Shown here one piece after another: positions 19,512 through 32,379 of a stretch of DNA of 64,000 nt; within the stretch, counting starts at the first letter, position 1; every line of letters begins with the position of its first letter. The notes under the pieces were generated by a model that made no database searches, was not told the origin of the DNA, and saw nothing but the letters and a program-made list of their open reading frames with translations. Source of the DNA: a virus. Taxonomy: Duplodnaviria; Caudoviricetes. The stretch lies in IMG/VR virus record IMGVR_UViG_3300021387_000661, positions 128,001 to 192,000 of that record. One strand, 5' to 3'. The translations under genes and the position numbers were made by a program.

Positions 19512-19573
19512 AAGATGAGGCATAGTTCCTCATCTTTTTTTATTTATTTCCCAGGTTTTGTTATATTTACATT

Positions 19574-22500
19574 ATGAAAGATCTTGAGATATATACCCTT
19601 GCAGAATGGGACACTTTCTGGGGAGTCATCCATAACTTCCTGGGATGGGCACATATGTGTACCTATGGTCTCATATTGGAACCCAGGAGAACTAATCCGG
19701 ATGAGATGAGGAAAGAACTCCTTCAAAAGGTAGTTGAGAAAGGAGGCAGACTTCATATCTATCACATTTTTGAACCATTTGTCAATTCTGAATATCCCCA
19801 GTATCAAAGGAAGTTCTATGACAATGGTATTAGACTCATCAGGGATATTCTTAAAATAGATGGTTTGGAGGTAGAATGGGATATACCTGATGGAGAGAAA
19901 GAAACACTTCTCAATTATTCACCACCTTTGTATAATAAGATGTTTAAACAATAAAGAATATGGGTAAAAGAAGAACAGTATTTGAATGTGATTCCTGTCA
20001 TAAGGAATATAGTGAAGCAGACTACAATGACAGTGGAAGTAGAGCTGAAATCCACTTTGAAGGACAGTACTATGATGAGAGTATTGGACAGAAAACCTGG
20101 AAGGATGACATACAACTCTGTCCTGAATGCTGGGAGAAGTTGAATAAATTCCTCAAGGAAGGTATGAAAATCAACTTATATACTTGGTCAAGATTTTAGA
20201 ATATATGGAAATTAATGAAGTAAATAAGAAGCTCTATGAGAGTGCTTTTGTCTCTGATGGTACATTTGGAGACCTTGATAATTGGAAACCAGATATTGAT
20301 GAGAGGATGATAGAAGAATCCTGTGAAGATGAGAATGGTAATTGGGTACCTGCAACCCCACTTGGTTACAGGGATTACAAACTCTCCAGGGAAGAAGGAT
20401 TGAACACAGTCTTTTATGAATCTGTTCCATCCAGGACATTCACATATGAAGATGCACACAATATCAAGAGGGAAGACAACATCATCAAGAAATATGATTT
20501 AATCACCATTGATAAAAATAATTATATTGTAGTTGGTGATGATGAAACCAAGTTCTATGTTGTGGATAAGGATGACCACAAGTATTATATTGAATATCAG
20601 TTATGAGAGACTTATTAATATATGACAAAGGTAGTTTTAAACATTGTGAAGTGTCCTTGCTGTTCAGCATATGTTGAATATGATGAATCAGACATCAAGA
20701 CAGAAGAAAGGTTTTATGATGTGATGACCTATGCAGATGAGACTTATATGGCAAAAATTATCACCTGTCCTAGATGTGGCAGGAAAATAGAGATTTATTA
20801 ATATGATAGACAGTACTTATGACAAATATGTAACCATTGCCTATAATTGGGTTACAAGAAAGAAGACATTTACCACTGTACGCATATATAATCCAAGGCA
20901 TGAGATTTATGGTGAGCGGGAATTTTATGTATTTGGTATTGGTGTTTCAACATTTCTGGAAGCAAATGGATATGACTCCAAAAAGGACTGGGTGAATGAT
21001 CCCCAACTGAATCCAGATGCTGATTATAATCCAAAGAAACTCATCAAGTATATGACTGGGGATACCTGGATATCCATTGATGACCTGAAAGAGTTGTCAG
21101 ATGAGTTGAAAGCAGCAGGTGCCAGTGAAGTCTATCTTCATCCTTCTTATTGGACTGACAATAAGGCACTGTTGGACCGCTATACCCCTAATGAATGGTT
21201 GATTGTAATACCCAAATAATTATGAATGATATACATTACAAAAAGGAAGAACTTCAAAAGAAGTTAAAGATAGTTGAAGAATCAGAGAAAATAGACAAAG
21301 AAATCCAGTCCAGCAGATGTCCAGTCTGCGGTGGCGAACTACAATATGTCTTCCACCGGGGTGGTGGTGACTCCATAGTGACACCTTATTCCGCTGAAAT
21401 AAAATGTAAGAAGTGTGATATGTTCTCAAAAGTCATTAAAAGGAACTCACAACAGTCTTATCATTGGATTTCTGATGGAACAGATGAGATTTCTTTGAAA
21501 AGGGATGTGTGGAATTCTGTGAAGGGGTATGTCAAACCGGCAGATGGAAGAAAGGAGATATATGACCTTCTCATCAAGTTAAGAGACCTGTCAGAAGCAT
21601 TCAACAATATGACAGGATATCTTTATTCCGGTATATGTGCTGATGAGATAAATGAAATCATTGAGACACTTAAGAACAAATATGATGTCAATGTGAATTA
21701 TTGGCAGCCATATGATGGTAGGGTGAATTTCACAAATCTACAAAGTTTGATAGAAAAATATGAAGAGAGTGGTAAATAACCATTCTCTTTTTTGTTATAT
21801 TTACAATATGAAAGATACAGATGATGTTATTGAAGTAGTATATGTCAGGTTTGATAAAAACCTGGACTACAAGGAGGTAGTAAATTCATATCCCATTAAG
21901 AAGTTCCTGGAAAGTGCATTTGGGGACTTCCCTAATATGATTTCACCTACCAAGTTTGAGTTTGATAGGGATAAACTGGGTGAGTTTATCCAGGACCAGT
22001 ATGATAAATCACATTCTTATGTTATTGATTGGATGAATTTACCTCCTCATATTTTGGAAGCATATTGTAAAGCAATTGGTGTTGAAAGAAAGAGATGGGA
22101 TGAGGTTGAGCTTGCAGAACTTGAACCTGAAATTCTTTTGGATGACCATATTGTTGTTATTGTGAAGAAAAATAAAGTCTTGGGTGTATTTGCAACAGAG
22201 ATGGACTTTGAACATATAATTGATGAGTTATGAATTGGACAAGGGAAGATGTAATTAATAAATATAGACTTACATTAAAAGAGATTTCTGATATTGAATT
22301 CACATCTGATAAAACCAAGAGATTGAGATGGAGAGAACTCCAGAAAATCAGAAAATGGTTGGAATCAGAGATTTGTAAGTTTAAAATAGAAAAGGAAGAA
22401 TTATGATAGATTTTATTAAGCTTATTTTTATGATACCTTATTTGATGATTAAGGACATAATAACCAGTATATGTAATAAGATATATGACAGAAGAATCTG

Positions 22501-22645
22501 GAAGGGTACCAAATATCAGGGTATGAAATTTACTTTGGAATCCACTTGGGATAATTATGATAAAACTTATGCATCCCCTGTATTTGTCTTTGAGAATGGA
22601 AATAAAGTAGTGATTGACAAACAAGGTAATATTATAAATATATAA
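19574..22645 (+). CDS. run of hypothetical genes (19574-19954, 19960-20199, 20184-20606, 20803-21219, 21195-21779, 21808-22233, 22403-22645); several have CxxC zinc-ribbon motifs
   Basis: Co-directional packed ORFs; CDSC/CPEC and CPVC/CKKC motifs; real start of the 21760 ORF is probably ATG 21808 after promoter motif 21791. Confidence 0.6.
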
Positions 22646-22648
22646 ATT

Positions 22649-22897
22649 ATGATTGGATTAATTGCTAATATTGTTGGTTGGGTTGCAACCTTTTTCCGGG
22701 CTGCCGGAATGTTGATGAAAAGAGCAATGCTCGTAAAAGTGCTCGTAAGTGTGGGAAATGCTTTGTGGTTAGCCAATGGCCTACTCACCCACAATGTCCC
22801 TCTTGTGGCATCTAATGGTATCTGTCTTGCCATTATGCTCTATGAAATTATTATAACTAACATAAGGAAAAAGAAAGATGGAGGACAGGATAATTAA
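22649..22897 (+). CDS. small three-helix membrane protein (PQ-loop/YgjV-like)
   Basis: IVGWVATFF..., GNALWLANG..., PLVASN hydrophobic helices. Confidence 0.55.
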   Translation: MIGLIANIVGWVATFFRAAGMLMKRAMLVKVLVSVGNALWLANGLLTHNVPLVASNGICLAIMLYEIIITNIRKKKDGGQDN

Positions 22898-23033
22898 GAT
22901 TGTAGTACCCACACGGGAAGAGATAGACAAACTTGCTGAATTGGGTATTGATGTTGAGTCTCATCTGGTAAAGGTATTTAGGGATGAATTACACAGAATA
23001 CTTCATCCGGAAGATAAAAGAGTGTTGAATTAA
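22878..23033 (+). CDS. 51-aa protein, paralogue of 7075-7230 (not in ORF track)
   Basis: Hand translation MEDRIIKIVVPTREEIDKLAELGIDVESHLVKVFRDELHRILHPEDKRVLN. Confidence 0.75.
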   Translation: MEDRIIKIVVPTREEIDKLAELGIDVESHLVKVFRDELHRILHPEDKRVLN

Positions 23034-23079
23034 TCATACTCTATGAAGGTATAGATTATAAGCTTAATCTGATATAGAT

Positions 23080-24810
23080 ATGGCAAAAGATTGTATAATA
23101 TGTCCTTATGCTGATATTGCTCTGGGTAGTGAGAGGATAATATGTCATCATCCTATGTTTCCACAAGCCAGAGTTATCTTCCCTGGGGATATTTGTCCCG
23201 ATGAAAAGATTAAAATAGATGATATCATTGAAAAGGCATTTCTTGAAAATTCTTGTGGTGTTGCAGAATGTACGGGGTTGTCTTTTGATACATTTAAGAG
23301 GATAGCATTGTACTTTTACAATATTGGTAAAACTGATAATTATGAGTGATTATAAAGAAGTGAGTCCTCAATGGATAGATGTTATTAAAAGAATTCTTAT
23401 TAAGCTTGTTGGTTCTACATCCTGGGGACTTCATCCTGAAAATGGTTGGTCAAGACCTATGGTTATAGACTATAAGGGAGAATGGTATATGCTTGTCAAC
23501 CCCAATGAGAATAGATATTTTGAAGAGATGTATTTTGATTATTCTGATGATGTGAAGCGTGGAGATTATGTACCTATGGGTATAAAAGTTGGAGAAGAGA
23601 TATGATAACAAATGAAAAACCAATGAAAGAAAAGTGTTGTAAAGATTGCTGGCATAATTATCATTGTCCTATGCCACAGGAAGGATATGATTATAATCCT
23701 GATACTTGTCCATATAATCAGGATAATAAAAGGAGTGTAATTGATGAGTAATATGAAACAGTGGAAATTTTTATATACCTGGAAACAGAGTAATGGTGCT
23801 TTCATCAGGCCAAAGTTGAAGTGGTATTTTGGATCCTGGAGGAAGGAGGGTAATCTTCCTGTCTGGAGAAGGGGAAACACTATTCACTTTGGTAAGTACA
23901 AAGAAAGGAATGATACTTATGACTATGCCAAACTTGTGAGTTCAGAATGGACAGAAGAAGGAAAGAAGAATCATCCTATCCTTTCCAAACTGGTGAAACC
24001 AACTTATGAACTCCCTTATTGGTTGAGTTTCTATTTCTTCAATTCTGATATTATGTACAAGACCAAATGGGCAGATGATGATTATAGATATGAGTATCCT
24101 GCACACATCACTCTTGTGTTTTTTGGTCTGGCATTGTCTGTCACAGCATATATTCCAAAGATGGATGAGAATGACTGGACTTGTCAGGATGATTATTGGG
24201 AGAGTCTTTTGACATACAATCATTATGGTGGTGATATAAAGAAGACCAATGAAGTGATGGGGTGGTGGAACAAACCAGATGATGAGAACTTCAGGTTTAG
24301 GTTTCAGCCAAGATTCTTGAAAAATGAAGATGAGCGAAAACAGCTTATTGAACTTCAGGCAGATAAACTGAATAAAATAAGGGGTGGTTATGATTCAGAA
24401 GAGGGTGAATAACTTTCTTCTTTTGTTATTAGTTTGACAAGACTTTGTTATATTTAATAGGTAACAGTTAAAATTATATTACTATGAGTTTATTTGAAAT
24501 TATTTTGGTTGCCCTTTTGGGTGTTTATGTTTTATCAAGTCTTTATTTTTCCATTTCCGGAAGGATTCTTGCCTTCAAAGACAGGAAGGAAGATATAGAA
24601 AGAAGGAACAAGGATGTAGAATATGAGAATCAGTTGAACATTCTCACAAAGCGTATTGGTGAGATTGGAACAGATAACCATAATCTTAACAATGACTTGA
24701 GAGCATGGAAAGAGGCATATGTCAAGTTGCAGAGTGAGTATGAAGCCTTGAAGAAGAAATCTGAAGAATCAAAGAAGACCACAAGGAAAAAGAAAGAAAC
24801 TGAAGAGTAA
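23080..24810 (+). CDS. hypothetical genes (23080-23349, 23324-23605, 23741-24412, and 24484-24810, a membrane-anchored coiled-coil protein)
   Basis: ORF track; 24484 has an N-terminal TM helix and heptad pattern. Confidence 0.6.
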
Positions 24811-24811
24811 T

Positions 24812-25606
24812 ATGAAACAATATCTTGACTTATTGAGAGAAATCAGGGATAATGGTGTAACCAAAACAGATCGTACAGGTGTTGGTACAAAGTCCATATT
24901 TGGTCACCAGATGAGGTTTAACCTTCAGGATGGGTTTCCCCTCCTCACAACCAAGAAAGTCTTTCTAAAAGGAATTATATATGAATTACTGTGGTTTCTG
25001 AAGGGAGATACAAACATCAAGTTCCTTACAGACCACAATGTCCATATCTGGGATGAGTGGGCAGATGAGAATGGAGACCTTGGTTATGTGTATGGAAAGC
25101 AGTGGAGATCCTGGGAGACAACTGATGGAAGGGTGATTGACCAGATTTCACAGGCTGTTGATTTGATTAAGAATCATCCAGATTCAAGGAGAATATTGGT
25201 GACTGCCTGGAATCCAGCTGAGATTGACAAGATGGCACTTCCTCCTTGTCATTGTTTGTTCCAGTTCTATGTTGCTGATGGAAAACTGTCCTGTCAACTT
25301 TATCAGAGGTCTGCTGATACTTTCCTTGGTGTACCTTTCAATATTGCATCCTATGCACTTTTAACAATGATGTTGGCACAGGTATGTGGACTTGAACCAG
25401 GTGAGTTTATTCATACAACTGGAGATACACATATCTACCTGAATCATCTTGATCAGGTAAATGAACAACTTTCAAGAGAACCAAGACCACTTCCAAAGAT
25501 GATTATCAATCCTGATGTGAAATCTATTTTTGATTTCAAGTATGAAGATTTCAAACTGGAAGGGTATGATCCATGGCCAGCGATTAAAGCTCCTGTTGCA
25601 GTATGA
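24812..25606 (+). CDS. thyA: thymidylate synthase
   Basis: [35 protein letters not shown]; bacterial-type 264 aa, uninterrupted. Confidence 0.98.
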   Translation: MKQYLDLLREIRDNGVTKTDRTGVGTKSIFGHQMRFNLQDGFPLLTTKKVFLKGIIYELLWFLKGDTNIKFLTDHNVHIWDEWADENGDLGYVYGKQWRSWETTDGRVIDQISQAVDLIKNHPDSRRILVTAWNPAEIDKMALPPCHCLFQFYVADGKLSCQLYQRSADTFLGVPFNIASYALLTMMLAQVCGLEPGEFIHTTGDTHIYLNHLDQVNEQLSREPRPLPKMIINPDVKSIFDFKYEDFKLEGYDPWPAIKAPVAV

Positions 25607-26088
25607 TTGAGAAAAATATAATAGTTGCAGTATCAGATAACTGGGCTATTGGAAAAGATGGTGAGATTCCTTGGCATATAAATGAAGATTTAAAGTATTT
25701 TCATAATGTTACTTTTGGTCATCCAGTTATTATGGGGTCAAAGACTTATGAATCAATTGGTCACCCACTTACAGATAGGGTAAATATTGTTGTAAGTCAT
25801 AAATATACTTGGGATGGTGTAATTGTTGAAAACTCACTTGATGCAGCATACAAAAGGGCAGAACAGTTTGATAACCAGTGTTTTGTGATTGGTGGTGAAT
25901 CAATTTATAGAGAAGCAATAAAATCTGCTGATAGAATATATCTTACACATATCTATGGTGAGTTTGATGCAGACACATTTTTTCCAAAGATTGATATTAA
26001 TGAGTGGAAGATGATTTCTGCATCAGATGTAAAGGTTGATAAAGAATCTGGAATACCATATAATTTTGAAATATATATAAGGAAATAA
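25603..26088 (+). CDS. folA: dihydrofolate reductase
   Basis: [36 protein letters not shown]. Confidence 0.96.
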   Translation: MIEKNIIVAVSDNWAIGKDGEIPWHINEDLKYFHNVTFGHPVIMGSKTYESIGHPLTDRVNIVVSHKYTWDGVIVENSLDAAYKRAEQFDNQCFVIGGESIYREAIKSADRIYLTHIYGEFDADTFFPKIDINEWKMISASDVKVDKESGIPYNFEIYIRK

Positions 26089-26090
26089 GT

Positions 26091-26926
26091 ATGTGGATTA
26101 AGAATTTTTTCAATGAATTAAAGGCCTGGATAATAATAAATAAAGTATATAAAAATAACAAATCAGACTTTAATGCAATTGGTCTCAAGAAAGATTATTT
26201 TGGAAAATTATACAAAGTAATAAATAGAGATGTTTTGATTGAATTGGGTAGTGATGAAGATCAAATTTATTTAAGGAAAGAACTTGCAGAGATATGGTCT
26301 GTATTGGTAAAACACAATGTTGTGGATATCCTTGCCTATGAGCTCAAACCATTGGAGGAGGTCACACAGATTGATGAGACCCATGAAGAGTTTGAGCATG
26401 GTTATCTTGTCACCTTCACACCTGCATGGAATCTTGACAAACAATATGTCACCTTCAAGTCAGTCATCTTTGTAACACTCTTTTTTGGTGGACTTATTTT
26501 TGGTGCAGTCTGGTCAACTATCAAATATCTCATTCCATTCTTTCAGACATTGTTATGATAGCAGATAGAGAAAGATTGAAATCCCTTGGACTTGAAAAGT
26601 TCTCAAGGGATTTTGACAACATAGAGAGTCAGTGGTTGAATCTCATCTATGACCCCAACTTCAACAGGGTGGTTGAAAGATGGGTATATGAGAAGACTGC
26701 CGGCATGATGGAATGGAAGTGCGCCATCTGTGGAGAACCAATCTTGGCAGACAGGAACAGGACAGATGTGGAGAATTTTGTCTGCGAAAAATGTCGTGAG
26801 ACATACAACAATAAAAGTCCAATGGTTGACAGGAGGATATTGGACTCCAGGACTATGATGTTCAGATATTTGGAGAACAAACTATATGAGGAACTTGAGG
26901 ACAAATTAAATGGGGGAAAGAGTTAA
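26091..26926 (+). CDS. two hypothetical proteins (26091-26558 with C-terminal TM; 26555-26926 with CxxC zinc finger)
   Basis: ORF track; hydrophobic tail; CAIC/CEKC. Confidence 0.6.
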
Positions 26927-26950
26927 TCTTTTCCCCATTTCTCATAAATA
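26908..26950 (+). promoter_or_regulatory. terminator followed by late promoter CATAAATA (26943-50)
   Basis: GGGGAAAG-agttaat-CTTTTCCCC hairpin, then the motif 20 nt before the ATG. Confidence 0.75.
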
Positions 26951-26970
26951 CATATATAGTATTTTATAAT

Positions 26971-29673
26971 ATGAAGTTATATTCAGAGAAACCTGATTAT
27001 GTAAGACTGGATGATGATGTCTCTTTTCAGATATTGAGAACCAATCCAAAACTCACTACCAACACCAAGTTGATGTATGATGGTGAGAATTTATATATGG
27101 AATCTTATGATGCTAATCCTCTTTTGTCAACAATAAATTACAAGCATCATAAGGTATGGAAAACTGGTTTCTTTAACAGGGACATCAGGAACTTTCTTCT
27201 TGGAACAAATGCGGCAGCATATACTCTTGGTCAGAATGTAGATGATACCATCATCCTTGATAATTTTGACAATCAGTTTGAAAATATGTACTGGTGTGGT
27301 GTGGAATCCATCAATTCTGATGTATACCCACAGGAGATGGGTTTTGTCGCCCCTCTTTATTTGAGGAAGAAGAGACCTAATTATTTTGTCATATTCAAAA
27401 TAGATAGTCCGGCCAATACAAATATGGTTGAGACAGATGTATCATTTGATTTCAAAAAAGATGTTTTAAAGAGATTAAAAATACTTAAATCATTTGATTT
27501 GAGGGAGGGAACACCCATTGGGGATTACATAAGTAAGTATGTAGGACAGAGAGATTTTAAATATGACAGGTCTATTTATATAAACTTCTCTTCAAATGAA
27601 ATCTACTATTATGGTATTGATAAGTTTTCAGGTGTTCTGACACAGAAGGTGGAGAACATTGAAGAGGGTATGCTCAACAATGACAATACCATTTCAAAGG
27701 TTGATGCCTGGATAACATCAGGATTTGAAAGGAATAACCTCATCTTCCCTTATATACTTAATCTTGAGTTTTTATTTGATGACAAAGAAACCAAGGACTA
27801 TGAATTTGCAAGATACTTTGGTATGTATTGTAATGACATAGATCTTTATGATATGAAGGTTTTAAGAATATATAATAATACACTGACAGTAGATACCTCA
27901 ACCAGTGAAGACATATTCCTGTTGAATCCTGAAACAGCAAATGGAACAATTAGTTACATAAAGGACAAAAGGGATAATTTATATTCCATTAAGACAAAAA
28001 CAAGTCTTCCTGGATTTTACACATTATTCAGTAGTGCAAAGGAAGAGGACTTTACAGGATTTGAAAATTCATCAACATCAGTATTTGCTGAGCGTATTCC
28101 TGGTTCAGGGCGTTCCATGTTGATTTTTGAAGTCCTTTCCACCCTTAATGATATGGATACTATAAAGGTTTACAGTGGTAGTGGTAAATCATTTCTGGCA
28201 GAATTCATAGCATCAGCAGAACTGCCAAAGGGAACAAGTAATGATAAATATTTTTCCTGTAATGGTACTATTGAAGATACTGCCAAGGCCATTGCTAGTG
28301 CTTTCCAGGATTGTACTACAGATAATCTCAAGTGGATTAAAGCATTCAATATAGGAAGTAAGGTTGTCATAAGCGCAACATATTCAGGTGACAGTTTCGA
28401 TGGGATGATAAGTGTGAACCTTAATAGTATATCCAATTTCAAAATCAAAAAGATAACTGATTCATTCCTTGGTGGTTCTGATGAGGGATGTGTGTTCAAG
28501 GTATATACTGAAGACAAGGATGTATTTTTTGATAATCCTGAAAATGGAAACAGGACTGACAGGGATGGTATCAGGTATTTCAAGAGTAGTACTGGAAAGA
28601 ACAATGCTGAAATTAAGGTGGTTTTGCCATACATCAATGAGAATAATGAGATAGATGACACCTATTCCATTGTGGTTACTGATTCCAATGGCAAGTATGT
28701 GAATATATCAAAAACAGACCAGGTTGAGATAATTGATAAGTACTATGCCAAAATAGGTCTTTTGAGTTTCTTCCCGGTAAAGGATTTTAATTTTGACACA
28801 ATTTCATCACAATATGGAGAGTATGAAGTGATGGATAATGAGATTAAGAGGTCTGAAAATAATGAAATATCATTACCTTACAAAAGGTTTTATGATATAG
28901 ATAGCGGTATTCCTGTTTCCACTGAATATGAATATTATTATGAAAACATCTTACCTGAATTATCCACAGTAAGTAAAACTGTACCTTTTATAACCAAGTG
29001 GGGATACATAGATGATTCAAAGGACAGTTGTGAAAACCCATACAGACTCAATACAAGTAAGATATTTGATACTTCCAATTTCTCTGCAAATACATTTATG
29101 CAGAGTACTGACATTATGGAGTACACACATTCTATGCCTTATTATTTGGTTGATAGTGATTACCAGGAGGATAAATCATTAATGAAGAATGAATATCAGT
29201 ATATAGCAAAAACAGAAGCTGAAAACACCTGGAATGATATTGAGGGGATAAAAAATTATTTTAGTAACACAGAAACAGATAATTTTGATAATTTTTTTGG
29301 AAACACCTCATCAACTATATTCAATAATAAGAGATTCAACAAAAAATATTCCAGATTTTTACTTGGTGATGACACACATAAATCATCTACATTATTCAGG
29401 GGTGTAAAATTTGAAATTACAGAACTTAATGATGGTAAAGAAGTCAATAGTGGAAAATATAATGATTATAGATTTTCATTTTTGTATGTCCCCAAGAAAG
29501 ATGATGAGGAGAATGCACCACTACCACCTATATATTTCATAAAGAATGATGTCTTCAAATTTATTGTAGGAATCCTCTTTTTTAGAATAGAGGGTAAAAA
29601 TAACTATGCCTTCAACAAATCATATGTTTATGAAATAGGTATGGGACTTCTTAATCCTAAAGAAGGTGTGTAA
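26971..29673 (+). CDS. large late protein, probable virion structural component
   Basis: 900 aa, late promoter, adjacent to tail genes. Confidence 0.55.
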   Translation: MKLYSEKPDYVRLDDDVSFQILRTNPKLTTNTKLMYDGENLYMESYDANPLLSTINYKHHKVWKTGFFNRDIRNFLLGTNAAAYTLGQNVDDTIILDNFDNQFENMYWCGVESINSDVYPQEMGFVAPLYLRKKRPNYFVIFKIDSPANTNMVETDVSFDFKKDVLKRLKILKSFDLREGTPIGDYISKYVGQRDFKYDRSIYINFSSNEIYYYGIDKFSGVLTQKVENIEEGMLNNDNTISKVDAWITSGFERNNLIFPYILNLEFLFDDKETKDYEFARYFGMYCNDIDLYDMKVLRIYNNTLTVDTSTSEDIFLLNPETANGTISYIKDKRDNLYSIKTKTSLPGFYTLFSSAKEEDFTGFENSSTSVFAERIPGSGRSMLIFEVLSTLNDMDTIKVYSGSGKSFLAEFIASAELPKGTSNDKYFSCNGTIEDTAKAIASAFQDCTTDNLKWIKAFNIGSKVVISATYSGDSFDGMISVNLNSISNFKIKKITDSFLGGSDEGCVFKVYTEDKDVFFDNPENGNRTDRDGIRYFKSSTGKNNAEIKVVLPYINENNEIDDTYSIVVTDSNGKYVNISKTDQVEIIDKYYAKIGLLSFFPVKDFNFDTISSQYGEYEVMDNEIKRSENNEISLPYKRFYDIDSGIPVSTEYEYYYENILPELSTVSKTVPFITKWGYIDDSKDSCENPYRLNTSKIFDTSNFSANTFMQSTDIMEYTHSMPYYLVDSDYQEDKSLMKNEYQYIAKTEAENTWNDIEGIKNYFSNTETDNFDNFFGNTSSTIFNNKRFNKKYSRFLLGDDTHKSSTLFRGVKFEITELNDGKEVNSGKYNDYRFSFLYVPKKDDEENAPLPPIYFIKNDVFKFIVGILFFRIEGKNNYAFNKSYVYEIGMGLLNPKEGV

Positions 29674-29709
29674 TGATTATACTATCTGGTAATAAAATAA
29701 TATAAAATT

Positions 29710-32343
29710 ATGGCTGCTACATTAAATATTATAACTGATAGGGATAAATTCATAGAATTAGAATTAAGTGAAACTTATTTTTATTGTGTAAAAATTACAA
29801 ATCAATCAGGCGAACCCATATTAGGCGCAACTGTAACATTTAAAGAAAAAAATATTACAGAAAGGACTGGCTCTGATGGTCTTGTCCGTGTGACTGCATC
29901 TTCACAAGACCCTTATTTATGTAATATTGCTATATCTGCTATGGGGTATGAGAATAAAGATGCTACTGCTCAAAAATTTTCAACAAAAGGAATATCAGAG
30001 ACACAACTATATACAATTGTAAAACTGTCAAAATCAGCAGGGAATACTGTATATTGCTTTAAGATAAAGGTTACAAATTCTTCAGGAAAAATACCAATAA
30101 CTGGTCTAACCAAGAAGAATATAAGTGTTGACCAAAATATTCAATTTGATTTAGTGGAGGAGATTGGTACAGGAATATATATTATTAAATGTATAAATAG
30201 TGAATTAACCATCACCATTAAAAATAATGGATATTCAGAGAGTACACAAACCATTATCGGTGAACAAAATATTAAAGATGTTAAGATAACACAATTTAAC
30301 TTGCAACCAACAATAGAGGCTGTTTATTATTATGTTGTTAAAGCCCAAACAGAATCAGGTAATCCAATATCTGGTGTGACTGTACAAATAGGTGATGATA
30401 CTACTCAAATCATAACAGACCAGAATGGATTGGCATTCAAAGAATTAGGAAAAAAAGCCCAACAACCTCAATCAAAAAATGTATATGTTATAAACTACCC
30501 ATCTATATATTATATTGATAAAGAGAATAATGAAGATGTGGGATTGGTGGGAGCTACAATATCTAAAACCAGTCCTGGTTATACATTTAAATTTAAATCC
30601 AACTCTAATATCACATACAACCACAGTCTTATAATTTTTGATTATTATACAGGTGTTGTGGTAGAAGATGCAACAATTATATATACATATGACAATACTG
30701 TAATAGAAACAAAGACATCTATCAGTGGTATCACTAAATTTTCAAGTCCTTATAAAGAACTTACCATAAAAATAAGTAAACAGGGATACAAGGATTACTC
30801 AATAGTATCTACAGGATTGTCAGATACTGATGTTAATGTAATAAATTTAGACCGTGATGATGCTGTACAGATTATCTATGAAGATAACAACCCGGCAACA
30901 CATATCTATGTCAATTTATACAAATATGTAAATAATGAGTATGTAGTTCTTGGAAAATTTTATACATATGGTACAGGATATATAAAATTATTGGGAGATG
31001 GCTATTATAATTCACAGGAAGATATATATATATCTGTTCCAAATTGTAAAGTTATAGGTTCAAATAAACTTGAACGTGGTAATGTACAATACACAATAGA
31101 GAAGGATAATACTCAACAAAAACTACGATGGGACTGTAACAGGGTATCTGTCAATGGTATCAAGAAAAGTATATCCAAAGGTAATAAAGATTTGAAAACC
31201 AATGGTGAGACAAATTCAGTGGAATACAGTTCAAATGATTTCAGAATCAATATTGTTGACCCTGATTCCATTGATACATATGATGTATTTGCAAGCGCAC
31301 CAATTATAACAGATGATAATAATGGTATCACCAGTTCCATTGACATCAAATTAAAACCTGATATCAACAATCTCAGGATAAAAACCTTAAATAGATATTC
31401 TGGTTATTATAATCCTATATTCAAGGATATATTGTTTTATAGTAATTTGGAAAACTGTCCATTTTCAAATGTTAAATTTGATTACTCATATAATGACAAG
31501 TATGGAAAGTTTGGGGTTATTAACAATATGTGGTATCATAAGGTGAATGACAATAAAAACATTGAGATTATCAACACCCTGACACCATATTATCCCTTGA
31601 CTGGACAATATGCCCTTGCTCATAAAGACTATAATATCTTCAGCAGTAACTGGGATATGGATTATTATACAAGACAGATAGACATCAAGCATGCTGAAAG
31701 TTGTAAGAACATAACAAGTATGAAAGATGGTCTCTGTATGTTTGGTTCAAAATATCTCAACACACCTAGTGAAGTGGACATATGTGGATTGACATTGGGT
31801 AATGATGTAAACTGGAATGGGGAATGGAATGATGACTGGATAACCAATCCTGGAGGATGTCCCGGGGAAGTAATGTTTAAAGAGATAAACAACAGTAATG
31901 TCAGTTTCTACTTCTTTTTGAGGAAAAGAATAATAAGATTCTTCTGTGATAAACTGAAAGGAGAGTTTGCAAAATATATAAGTCCTGATAACTCATTCGG
32001 TATAACAGGTCTTGATGATGACATTGAGGAATATGTGATTAAGAACATATTGAAATTATACAAACTGGAGAAAATAAGAGTGTTTGTCAGAAGAACCAAG
32101 AAAGGTCAACATAACAACAGAATTACAAACAATTATGTCAAATATGTTGAATATGAAGACCCTGATGAAAATGACAGTAAAGAAGTCAGTGTTAAATTCT
32201 TCAAAACTCATGGATTTGTGGAATGTAACAACATCACAATGTCCAAAGAAAACAGAGATGATTTTGACAGAAAGATAGTATATAACCTACGGACAGGAGT
32301 CAAAGAAGATTTTGGATTTGGGTTTATATTGAAGAAGATATAA
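29710..32343 (+). CDS. virion protein with N-terminal tandem beta-sandwich (carboxypeptidase-regulatory/Ig-like) repeats
   Basis: Repeated GEPILGATV / GNPISGVTV / VVEDATI + TDxNG + KxGY units. Confidence 0.6.
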   Translation: MAATLNIITDRDKFIELELSETYFYCVKITNQSGEPILGATVTFKEKNITERTGSDGLVRVTASSQDPYLCNIAISAMGYENKDATAQKFSTKGISETQLYTIVKLSKSAGNTVYCFKIKVTNSSGKIPITGLTKKNISVDQNIQFDLVEEIGTGIYIIKCINSELTITIKNNGYSESTQTIIGEQNIKDVKITQFNLQPTIEAVYYYVVKAQTESGNPISGVTVQIGDDTTQIITDQNGLAFKELGKKAQQPQSKNVYVINYPSIYYIDKENNEDVGLVGATISKTSPGYTFKFKSNSNITYNHSLIIFDYYTGVVVEDATIIYTYDNTVIETKTSISGITKFSSPYKELTIKISKQGYKDYSIVSTGLSDTDVNVINLDRDDAVQIIYEDNNPATHIYVNLYKYVNNEYVVLGKFYTYGTGYIKLLGDGYYNSQEDIYISVPNCKVIGSNKLERGNVQYTIEKDNTQQKLRWDCNRVSVNGIKKSISKGNKDLKTNGETNSVEYSSNDFRINIVDPDSIDTYDVFASAPIITDDNNGITSSIDIKLKPDINNLRIKTLNRYSGYYNPIFKDILFYSNLENCPFSNVKFDYSYNDKYGKFGVINNMWYHKVNDNKNIEIINTLTPYYPLTGQYALAHKDYNIFSSNWDMDYYTRQIDIKHAESCKNITSMKDGLCMFGSKYLNTPSEVDICGLTLGNDVNWNGEWNDDWITNPGGCPGEVMFKEINNSNVSFYFFLRKRIIRFFCDKLKGEFAKYISPDNSFGITGLDDDIEEYVIKNILKLYKLEKIRVFVRRTKKGQHNNRITNNYVKYVEYEDPDENDSKEVSVKFFKTHGFVECNNITMSKENRDDFDRKIVYNLRTGVKEDFGFGFILKKI

Positions 32344-32376
32344 AAAGAAAGGGAACTGAAAAAGTTCCCTTTCTTT
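32342..32376. terminator. bidirectional terminator between convergent genes
   Basis: AAAGAAAGGGAACT-gaaaa-AGTTCCCTTTCTTT. Confidence 0.85.
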
Positions 32377-32379
32377 ATA

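Noticed and set aside
24812-25606. Group I intron in thyA or terminase, as in T4 td
   Set aside because: Both ORFs are continuous and of normal length
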